From assembly GCA_963674745.2 (NCBI GenBank), contig CAXXDV010000001.1:960001-1024000 (forward strand): a DNA stretch of 64,000 bases, read 5' to 3'. Below are positions 48,309-56,695 of the stretch, in pieces. The notes below the pieces were generated by a model that did no database searches, was not told the origin of the DNA, and saw only the letters and a list, made by a program, of their open reading frames with translations. The DNA comes from Desulfosudaceae bacterium. GTDB lineage: Bacteria > Desulfobacterota > Desulfobacteria > Desulfobacterales > Desulfosudaceae. The translations under genes and the position numbers were made by a program. How positions within the stretch are numbered: the first letter of the stretch is position 1; each line of letters opens with the position of its first letter.

Positions 48309-49967
48309 ATGATGTTACATCGAAAGATCGGCTGTCGTGTGGCATGCGCTTTACTCGCTGTTTTTTTCCTTGGTTTTGTTCCAATTTCTTCAGCAGCGGA
48401 CTTATCTAAAGCTAAAATGCAGGCCATATTGGATGAGAGCATAAAAGACCTGCTGACCGGAAAGGCATTCCCCCCGGTACTGGAGAAAAAACAGTTGGCC
48501 CTTCGGAAAATGTTTGAAGCCGGCGCTGTCAGCAAGTCCGAGCTGACAGCAATGGTGGAAGCGTCGATGATGCCGATTCTGGACGCGCATCAGCAGGAAA
48601 CCTCGGTAGACATTTTCAAAGAGCTTCCCGCGCGTGTTGAAGCCCTGCTTTCCCCTTACATGAGCTGGCAGGAGGTCAAGGAGGCCGGCTGGCGAATTGC
48701 ATCTCCCCTGATCAATGAAAGCATCAAGAACCTGCTGACCGGGGAGTCGTTCAGCCCGGAACTGGAGCGCAAGCAGCTGGTCGTGAGAAAGATGTTTGAA
48801 GCCGGACTGATCAGCAAGGCGGAGTGTATCACCATGGTGGAGGATTCGATGATTCCCATTCTGGATCATTACAAGACCTCGCGATATATTTTAAAAGACA
48901 TACCTGAACGCGTGGAAGCCCTGCTGGCCCCCTATATGACCTGGGAGGAGGTCGAGGAGGTGGCCTGGCGGAAAGGGTCCTCCCTGATCAAGGATGGGGA
49001 CCAGATGGTCCTCACCATCGGCACCCTGGCCCCGCCAGGAACCCCGTGGATCAACATTCCCGAAAAAGTTCTGATTCCCCGGATCGCCCGGTTGAGCAAC
49101 AACAAGGTAGTCGTTAAAGTTTACGGCGGCGGCGTCATGGGGGAGGATACCGACATCTTAAGAAAGATGGACATCGGCCAGCTCAGCGGCTGCGGCTGCA
49201 CGGCCCTGGGCATTCTGGCTGCGTCACCGGAGATATCGGCCCTTTTGCTGCCGGGCCTTTTCAGAAACTATGATGAAGTGGATTACATACTGGAGAAGTT
49301 CAGAAAAAGGATCGACAGTTCGTTTGAGAAACGGGGTTACATCCTGGGCGCCCTGATTGATACCGGCTTTTTTTACCTGTTTACCAAATACCGTGCATCC
49401 TCTCTGGCCGACCTGAAAAAACAGAAACTGTTGACATGGTTCGGCGAAATGGAAACGACCTTTTACAAAGAGCTTGGAATTGATGCCACGCCCGTGGCCG
49501 TTCCGGAAACAATTTCAGCGCTGAGCATGGAGCTGGCCAACGCCAATATGGCGCCGGCTGCCTGGATGCTCGGCATACAGGCGTATCAGTACCAGAACTA
49601 TTTTTTCACACCGCCGATGGTTTATTCTCCCGGTGCCATCATTGTCAGCGTGGCCACTAAAGAAAAGCTGCGCAAACAATTCGGCGTTTCGGAGACACTG
49701 GCTTACAATGTTCAGGAAATGCTGATTTATGAGGTCAGCCTGTTGGAACCCCGGTGGAAAAAAGAGGTCCGGGATTTTGAGGCAAAAAGCCTGAAGGCGT
49801 TTCAGGTCAAGTGCGGCATGAAAGCCGTCCCCCTCTCCGCCGAGGATCAGAAAACGCTTGAACAGGCGGCCTCGAGGGTTAACGACAAGCTGGCCGACAG
49901 GGTTTATTCCCGAGCCTTCATGGACGACATCCGGAAGGCGCTGGCGGAGTATCGGTCCGGACGGTAA
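48309..49967 (+). CDS. dctP: TRAP transporter substrate-binding protein with tandemly duplicated N-terminal domain
   Basis: Signal peptide; C-terminal IGTLAPPGTPW, YGGGVMGEDTDILRKM..GQL, LPGLFRNYDEVDY. Confidence 0.85.
   Translation: MMLHRKIGCRVACALLAVFFLGFVPISSAADLSKAKMQAILDESIKDLLTGKAFPPVLEKKQLALRKMFEAGAVSKSELTAMVEASMMPILDAHQQETSVDIFKELPARVEALLSPYMSWQEVKEAGWRIASPLINESIKNLLTGESFSPELERKQLVVRKMFEAGLISKAECITMVEDSMIPILDHYKTSRYILKDIPERVEALLAPYMTWEEVEEVAWRKGSSLIKDGDQMVLTIGTLAPPGTPWINIPEKVLIPRIARLSNNKVVVKVYGGGVMGEDTDILRKMDIGQLSGCGCTALGILAASPEISALLLPGLFRNYDEVDYILEKFRKRIDSSFEKRGYILGALIDTGFFYLFTKYRASSLADLKKQKLLTWFGEMETTFYKELGIDATPVAVPETISALSMELANANMAPAAWMLGIQAYQYQNYFFTPPMVYSPGAIIVSVATKEKLRKQFGVSETLAYNVQEMLIYEVSLLEPRWKKEVRDFEAKSLKAFQVKCGMKAVPLSAEDQKTLEQAASRVNDKLADRVYSRAFMDDIRKALAEYRSGR
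48429..48986 (+). repeat. Intragenic tandem duplication (two units of about 93 aa)
   Basis: ESIKDLLTG..RKMFEAG..SMMPILD..RVEALLSPYMSW versus ESIKNLLTG..RKMFEAG..SMIPILD..RVEALLAPYMTW. Confidence 0.9.
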
Positions 49968-50100
49968 CCCTTATGCTTTTCATAAGGCGGTGTTCAGGTT
50001 GGCCCGGAAAAAGGCTTGGCTTTTTCAGGTAAGCCAATCAGCCCGAAATTTTTTCACCGTCATTTGTGCTGTAGCGGCTAATCCATCAGCGTCCAAAAAG

Positions 50101-51096
50101 TCATGACCTGTTCGGGTCGGTCAGACCGGCCTTGTGAGTGGTTTGGGCAATCGCGAAAATTTTTGCGTTCTGTTCTTTCGGAATCAATTCGTTTTTCATC
50201 TGCTCGGTCAGGGCCTTCATGGCAAACCATTGACCCGAAGAAACAACCACCACTTCAAAGGTGCCGTCGTCCCGCATCACGGCGCCACAGCCCGAAGCCC
50301 AGAAAAACATGCGTTTATCAATACGCCCCTTGACCTGTTCGCCGCGCCCGAAAAACACGACTTTTTCATGAACGCCGATCTTTCTGAGCAGGGTATATTT
50401 AAGGCGCACGGAAACCCCGCCATGGGCATAAGCCATAAAACCGCCCCAGCCCATGGTTTCATCCAGCACGGCAAAGAGGGTAATGGGATGCAGGCAACCA
50501 TTACGGCAGAAGCGATGAATGGTCTGTTTGTCTTCCGGGTTAAATCCGGAAAAGGCGCAGACGATGTCACCATGGGGGCTGCTCCACAAATGAAACTGCC
50601 TTTTCAGTCCCGGCATCGACCGTTCGACCCCGCAGACAAAACAGTTCAGGTAATACGGGATATGCTCCAGCTTTCCCGATATCTGCGAAAAATTTTCCGG
50701 AACATAGTCCCGGGCATAAGCATCCTTTTCCGGCACCTTGTCACCAAAGCTGATTTCACCGGTAATATAGGGCATATCAGCCCCCTCGGGACTGATGCGA
50801 CCGGATATACCGGTTTCGGTCGCTGTCGCCTCGATCAGGACCGTATTTCCAACCCGTACTTCACTGCCGCCCATGCGGAAACTGCATTGGACCGGATACT
50901 TTAAATCGTTTTCGAAAGTACAATGTTCAAAACCGTTCGTCAGTTCCAACATCGCGCCCATGCCGATACCGCCGTGGGGAATACCGACCCAGCCTTCTTT
51001 ACCGGCATCCATCATCATCGGCATTGATATTTTCCCGGCGCTTTTGACAATATCGGCATTGTCGAATAAAAACGTGCGCACAAAATCATTTGACAT
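50101..51096 (-). CDS. Probable double hotdog-fold (PaaI-like thioesterase) protein
   Basis: GWVGIPHGG; CFVCG..PGL; LH...AVLDETMGW; SD GGAGG. Confidence 0.65.
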   Translation of the reverse strand: MSNDFVRTFLFDNADIVKSAGKISMPMMMDAGKEGWVGIPHGGIGMGAMLELTNGFEHCTFENDLKYPVQCSFRMGGSEVRVGNTVLIEATATETGISGRISPEGADMPYITGEISFGDKVPEKDAYARDYVPENFSQISGKLEHIPYYLNCFVCGVERSMPGLKRQFHLWSSPHGDIVCAFSGFNPEDKQTIHRFCRNGCLHPITLFAVLDETMGWGGFMAYAHGGVSVRLKYTLLRKIGVHEKVVFFGRGEQVKGRIDKRMFFWASGCGAVMRDDGTFEVVVVSSGQWFAMKALTEQMKNELIPKEQNAKIFAIAQTTHKAGLTDPNRS

Positions 51097-51195
51097 AACC
51101 GCCCCTCCTCCAGGACCCTTTTAAGCCTTTTTGTGGCTATTTTTGGCTGTTTATCTTTTTCTGTCAAGTCACCGGCCCGGCCTGACGCATCTTTA

Positions 51196-54100
51196 TTAAA
51201 ACCGGATCGGCTCGGCACGGGCCAGTTGTTCGGTTGTCCACCGGCGCCAGTTCGCGTTTCCAAGCGCCTCGGCCAGGGCCGTTGCCAAATGTACGGTCGG
51301 CGCGAAACATTGCCGGCTCAAGCCGTTGATGCAGGCCGGGCAGTTGGTCACCAGCCGGTAAGGCGCCGCAAGATCCGTTAAACAAGTTTCCAGCGCCAGG
51401 CGTTTGCGGTCCAGCATGGCAGCGGCAATATCCGGGCGGCTCAAGGTCAGCGTACCTGCTTCGGAACAGCAGCAGGAGGTTGAGACAACGCCTTTCGGAA
51501 CCAGGCGGCGGAGCAGTTCTTCGCCCTGGCCGTCCAGGGAGTCATGGCAGGGCCGGTGGTAAACACACACGCCCGCCATCTTCAGGGCCAGGCCGCGGTC
51601 CAGGACAAAAGCCGCGGCATCCATCAGGGGGGCGCCGAAGATATCAGCGGCATTGACGCGGTCAAGCCCCTCCCGGCAGGTGCCGCAACTCACCAGGCAA
51701 CCGTCAAAGTCAAGGTATCCGAACAGGGAACGGATCTGGTTGAAGATGATGGTGTTGCGCAGTTCCTGGCGACCGCTCATATCCGTTTTGGCATTGGCCC
51801 GGGCCGGAAACCCGCAGCAGAGGTACGGCGGCGGCAGCACCACCCGCAACCCGGCTTCAAGCAGCAGGTAAATTACCGCCAGGGCAATATCGGCATGCAT
51901 TCTTTCGGAGCCGCAGCCGGGAAAATAAAAAACCGTTCCGGTGGCCTCGTTGTCCGGGTCCAGCAGCAGGGTATGATGAAGATCGCGGGGCCGCGGATAT
52001 TTATCCGGCAGGGCCCTGGCCGCAATAACGGGCGCCGGGGCATAGAGCGGCGTCAGCAGCGGAAAACGCCGCCATTGATCGCCGACCAGGCGACTGCCGA
52101 AGCGTTGTGCGGTCCCGCCCCATTGCAGCACCGTGCGCCGGATCAGCCGGTTGGTGAGTTCGGAGCGGGAAGACAGATACCCCAGAACGATCCGCGTCGG
52201 CAGGGCGCTCTTTCTGGCATGTCGGGCCGCCAGCACTTCCCGCTCCAGAACCGACACGTCGGCGGTGTCGATATTGACAGGACACTTTGCCTGACACTTG
52301 TGGCAGAGCGTGCAATGGTCGGCTATTTCCGTCAACCAGCGCAAAAGCCTCAACCCGGTGGCCTTGGTGCGCTGGGCATCGTAAAGCAACGCTTCGATGA
52401 TGCCGGTCAGGGCCAGATTCTTGTTGCGGGGATGATAAAAAAGATTCCGAGCCGGATAAAACACGCAGCAGTCCGTCTTGCAGCGGCCGCAGCGCACACA
52501 CTGTGAAATTTTCTCGGTCAGCTGCTCCAGATGGCTGTAACGAAGAATGCGCGCTTCTAACTCGATAAGGTTGAACGACGGTGTAAAAACCCGGTCCGTC
52601 ACGCTCCGGTCGGTCAACTTGCCGGGATTGATCAGGTCATCCGGATCGACCCGTTGTTGATAAGCCTGGAATTCGGCCAGGATTTCCTCGTCCAGATGTT
52701 TGATCTTGGTGAACCCGATACCATGCTCGCCGCTCACCACCCCCCCCAGGTCGACGGCCTTTTCCATGATGGTATCGGCTGTTTCGGCGGCCCGCAGCAT
52801 CATCTCGCGGTCATTGGAAAATACCGGAATGTTGACATGTACGTTGCCGTCGCCGGCGTGCATATGCGTGGCCACCACAATACGACGGCTCCGGATGGCA
52901 GCCATGTCCCGTTGAATCTCGGCCTGCACCTTTACAAAGCCGCGCAGCAGCTCGGTCATGGATGTCTGTACGCTGTTTAGGTGGGTCTCGTTTTTTAAAT
53001 GCGCACGTCCGGCCAGATTGATCTGGGCCATGGCCTCATTGAGCAGGTCCCGGGCGGCCGGCTTTTTGGCGGCCAGCCATCCCGGATCTTCGATCGGCGC
53101 CGCCGCATCAAGATAGGCCAGCAGTTGCCAGATCACCTGCTGCTGATTTTCGCGATCTTCCTCAACATTGAGCATGTCGACGAATTCGGCAAATTCAGCC
53201 AGGGCCTTTACCGGCAGGACGATATCCTCGTTGAGTTTGAAAGCGTTGGTCCGGGCGGCGATGGCCCCCAGCCGTTTCCGGTCGCGCCAGAACCGTTCGG
53301 CTTCGGCTTCATCCCGGGCCACGGTCATGCCGGTATTGGGATAGGCCGCAAGCAGATCGGCCAGCCGCTCCAGGCCGGATTGAATCTGCTGGACGGTATG
53401 CCCCACCAGGTCGAGCAACAGCACGGCCTTGGGACTTTCGCTGCTGGGTGTCTTGGCCTTGTATTGAATGGCCCGGACATACTCCTCGTCAAAATGCTCC
53501 AAGGCCAGAAGCGTTTCCTGCCCCCGGTCGACAAAAGCACCCGTAATCCCGTCAATGACCCGGGCGGCCTCCTCCATGTCTTCGCCGAAAAACTCCAGGC
53601 AGACGGTACGCTGCTCCGGATAAGGGCGGTGCAGAATAAATGTTGCCGAGGTGATGATGCCGTCGGTACCCTCTTTCTGCACACCGGGCAAGCCTTCCAG
53701 TGTTTTGTTGGTGATATCTTTTCCCAGCCCGGGCTTTCGCAACTTGTCACCCGGAATATGGATTTGCTTGACCGGTTGACCCGTGGCCGCGTCGGTCACC
53801 GCAAAGGAGGCCGTCTCTTGCTGACCGATGCGGCCGCCGGTGGGATTGGTTCGCTGCACCTCAAGCAGCCTGCCGCCCGGAACTGCGATACGAAAACCGA
53901 GCAGGTTGTCGATGCAGGTGCCCCAGAGCACGGCCCGCTTACCGCCGGCGTTTTCGGCGATATTGCCTCCGATGGTGCAGGCCCAGGCCGATGTCGGGTC
54001 CGTGGAAAAAATCAGGTTTGCGGCCGCGGCGGCCTGCATGGCGTCATCGGTAATCACGCCTGCCTCCACTTCGATCACGTCAAGCGTCAGACAGGCGCCG

Positions 54101-54798
54101 TCGGGCAGGTTGATATTGCGGGTTGTCATTTCGCCGATCCGGTTCAATTTCTCCGTGTTGATCATGACGCATCCGGACGCCACCGGAACGGCCCCGCCGG
54201 TCAGCCCGGTCCCCCCGCCCCTGGGAACGGCCTTGAGACCGAGAGCCGCGATGGCTTCGAGCAACAGCGGCACCTGTTCCGCTTTTTCGGGGCAAACCAC
54301 CGCCACCGGCATATGCATGCGCCAGTCGGTGGCATCCGTGGCATGGGCCGCCAGGGTAAAAGGGTCGAAAAAAAGATTCCGCCCGCCGACGATCCCGGCC
54401 AGGCGGCGACGGATAAGGCTCCGCGCCTGACCGACCGCGTCCAGTTCCCGTTTTAAATCCTCGAGTTGTCGGCGACATTTATCCAGAATCAGCACCATAT
54501 CCGGATCCTGCGCGCACTGGTCGGCGACCTGGGTGAGATCTTTTCGGGCCGAATCCAGGAAGCGGCGCCGCCGCCTGCCGTCTTCGACCAGTTCCTGGTA
54601 GAGAAAGGGGTTGCGGCGATGAATAAAAAGATCGCCGACAAAGCGCATCAGCAGGCGCCAGGCATGCCCGGCCGGACGCTTGAACCGCAGCCGTTCAAGA
54701 GGTGCCAGCACCTCGCGGCCAAGTAAAAATGCGCAGATGCGCTGGTCATCGGCCGATGTATAATTGAAGGGAATTTCCCTGGCGGTTACCCTGCTCAT
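51196..54798 (-). CDS. FAD-linked oxidoreductase (GlcD-like) fused to Fe-S/CCG (GlcF-like) domains; DUF3683 type
   Basis: REIPFNYTS N-terminus; PRGGGTGLTGG, DPTS..CTIGGNIAENAGG, HMHAGDGNVHVN, SGEHGIG, CVRCGRC, CTLCHKCQAKCP, FPGCG, CCG. Confidence 0.92.
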   Translation of the reverse strand: MSRVTAREIPFNYTSADDQRICAFLLGREVLAPLERLRFKRPAGHAWRLLMRFVGDLFIHRRNPFLYQELVEDGRRRRRFLDSARKDLTQVADQCAQDPDMVLILDKCRRQLEDLKRELDAVGQARSLIRRRLAGIVGGRNLFFDPFTLAAHATDATDWRMHMPVAVVCPEKAEQVPLLLEAIAALGLKAVPRGGGTGLTGGAVPVASGCVMINTEKLNRIGEMTTRNINLPDGACLTLDVIEVEAGVITDDAMQAAAAANLIFSTDPTSAWACTIGGNIAENAGGKRAVLWGTCIDNLLGFRIAVPGGRLLEVQRTNPTGGRIGQQETASFAVTDAATGQPVKQIHIPGDKLRKPGLGKDITNKTLEGLPGVQKEGTDGIITSATFILHRPYPEQRTVCLEFFGEDMEEAARVIDGITGAFVDRGQETLLALEHFDEEYVRAIQYKAKTPSSESPKAVLLLDLVGHTVQQIQSGLERLADLLAAYPNTGMTVARDEAEAERFWRDRKRLGAIAARTNAFKLNEDIVLPVKALAEFAEFVDMLNVEEDRENQQQVIWQLLAYLDAAAPIEDPGWLAAKKPAARDLLNEAMAQINLAGRAHLKNETHLNSVQTSMTELLRGFVKVQAEIQRDMAAIRSRRIVVATHMHAGDGNVHVNIPVFSNDREMMLRAAETADTIMEKAVDLGGVVSGEHGIGFTKIKHLDEEILAEFQAYQQRVDPDDLINPGKLTDRSVTDRVFTPSFNLIELEARILRYSHLEQLTEKISQCVRCGRCKTDCCVFYPARNLFYHPRNKNLALTGIIEALLYDAQRTKATGLRLLRWLTEIADHCTLCHKCQAKCPVNIDTADVSVLEREVLAARHARKSALPTRIVLGYLSSRSELTNRLIRRTVLQWGGTAQRFGSRLVGDQWRRFPLLTPLYAPAPVIAARALPDKYPRPRDLHHTLLLDPDNEATGTVFYFPGCGSERMHADIALAVIYLLLEAGLRVVLPPPYLCCGFPARANAKTDMSGRQELRNTIIFNQIRSLFGYLDFDGCLVSCGTCREGLDRVNAADIFGAPLMDAAAFVLDRGLALKMAGVCVYHRPCHDSLDGQGEELLRRLVPKGVVSTSCCCSEAGTLTLSRPDIAAAMLDRKRLALETCLTDLAAPYRLVTNCPACINGLSRQCFAPTVHLATALAEALGNANWRRWTTEQLARAEPIRF

Positions 54799-54996
54799 CG
54801 TTTTTTCACTATAATCCTGAATCGCTTCTCAAAAAGGCCTGACAACGACCCCATTATGTTAAAACTGAAACTGTCTGAAATATTATGGCGCCCTTTTTTC
54901 AAAACTCAAATGCTAAATAAACGGCTGCAAATTAAAATGCCCTTCGGGAGGTTAAAAAAGGCTTTTCAAATCATATTTTCGGTGGGTTTTGTGTGT

Positions 54997-56490
54997 TTAT
55001 GCCTGGATATCGGATTGTTGATCCGATCCGGTCCGAACCGTTAAAAAATCATACCGGTCCGCCAGCGCGGAAAAGGCATTGACCACATGATGGGCGTTGG
55101 GATAAACCATGATCCCGCAGTTGAGCAGATTCAGGACGGCCTCGTAATCCCGCCGGATGGCTTGGCGCACGACTTTGGAGTTGATCAGCAGGGGCAGGCC
55201 CCATTTATTCGAATATTCTATCAGGACGTTGCTCAGGGCGACCTCTTCGTCCAGCACGCGCTGGACCCCTTTACGGATCATCTTGTGTTCTTCAGAGGCG
55301 TTGACCGGGTCATAAATGGAATAAATCCAACCGATGCCATTGAATATAATACCGTCAAAATCACCGCTTTCCATTAAGATGGGGATTATTTCCCGGGGGC
55401 CGCCATAGCCCAGGCCGGCCACCATATCCACCGGATTGTTGGGATGCCACCAGGCAGGCAGATGTTCGCGGAGCCTGGCAACAGTGGCCTCGGAAAGGGG
55501 GGGCAGTTTCAGGCCGCGCTCCGCGATGGCATCGGCGGTCAGCACCCCCTGGCCGCCGCCGCCGGTCAGAACACAGACGCGTCGCCCCTTAGGCAAAGGG
55601 GTGGTGACAAAGGCGCAGGCTAAAATGGCCGCTTCCTCCAGGGTCCGGACGCGATTGAGGCCGGCCTGCCGGCAGACACCGTCGAAAACATCATCCGAAC
55701 CCGCCAGAGAGCCGGTATGGGAGGAAGCCGCCCGGCCGCCTTCTTCGGTACGCCCGCTTTTGATGAGAATGACCGGTTTTTCCAGGGATGTCTTCCGGGC
55801 TTCTTCGAAAAACGCCCGGCCCTGACCGGCTCCTTCCATATACAGCAGAACCACTTTAGTGGCCGGGTCCTTCCGGAAATAGGCCAGGTAATCCGCCCAG
55901 GCAAGATCGGCGCAGTTGCCGGTGGAGACGACCTTGGAACAGCCGAACCCGAACTCCGCGATCTGCTCGGACAACTCCGTGGAAATACCACCGCTCTGAC
56001 TGGCAATACCGATTACACCGGGGTCAGGCCGGAAGGTAGGAAACCAGGGATAAAATTTTGACTCCGGCGCGGCAATTCCTTGTCCGTTGGGGCCGACCAG
56101 CACCATTTTTCCCGCTTTCGCCCGTTTGAGCATTTCATTTTGAAGGGCCTGACCCTGGTCGCCCAGCTCGGCGAATCCGGAGGTGATCACAATGGCCGCC
56201 TGAATATCTTTAGCCACACAATCGGATATAACATCCGGAACACCAACGGCCGGAACGATAATCACGGCCAGGTCGATTTCATCCGGAATATCCCTTACCG
56301 AAGCATAGGCCGGAAAGCCGTGAACCTTTTCCTCTTTGGGGTTGACCGGATACAGCTTGCCTTTATAGCCGCCCAGAATGATATTAATCGTGACGATTCC
56401 GCCCCATTTGGCGACATTGTTGGAGGCGCCGACCAGCGCCACGGATCGTGGCGAAAATATCTTTTCCATCTTTTGAATGCGTTCGTTCAT
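54997..56490 (-). CDS. ADP-forming acyl-CoA synthetase alpha subunit (CoA-binding protein)
   Basis: PRSVALVGAS, YPVNP, ITSGFAE, VGPN, SQSGG, phospho-His motif AASSHTGSLAG, NNPVD. Confidence 0.9.
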   Translation of the reverse strand: MNERIQKMEKIFSPRSVALVGASNNVAKWGGIVTINIILGGYKGKLYPVNPKEEKVHGFPAYASVRDIPDEIDLAVIIVPAVGVPDVISDCVAKDIQAAIVITSGFAELGDQGQALQNEMLKRAKAGKMVLVGPNGQGIAAPESKFYPWFPTFRPDPGVIGIASQSGGISTELSEQIAEFGFGCSKVVSTGNCADLAWADYLAYFRKDPATKVVLLYMEGAGQGRAFFEEARKTSLEKPVILIKSGRTEEGGRAASSHTGSLAGSDDVFDGVCRQAGLNRVRTLEEAAILACAFVTTPLPKGRRVCVLTGGGGQGVLTADAIAERGLKLPPLSEATVARLREHLPAWWHPNNPVDMVAGLGYGGPREIIPILMESGDFDGIIFNGIGWIYSIYDPVNASEEHKMIRKGVQRVLDEEVALSNVLIEYSNKWGLPLLINSKVVRQAIRRDYEAVLNLLNCGIMVYPNAHHVVNAFSALADRYDFLTVRTGSDQQSDIQA

Positions 56491-56695
56491 TATCGATGCC
56501 TTATTGGGTTGTCTGCCGGATTCACCACCGGTGACCCGGGTTAGCGTTTGCGTGTATGGTCGTTATGAATAGCAGGTCGCGTCCCCGGGTGTCAACTTGA
56601 GAGACACCATGCTGAAAAAGGGCATTCCAAGCATGCTTTTACCCTGCTTTCCGAAGCTGTTTTGTTAACTATTCAATCCGTTGTTTTGGCCCGAT

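Noticed and set aside
52999..54456. 485-aa plus-strand ORF, and similar long antisense ORFs (51544..52506, 32558..33634, 58676..59626, 29078..29926)
   Set aside because: They lie antisense to well-supported genes and have no recognisable motifs; this is expected in GC-rich coding DNA.
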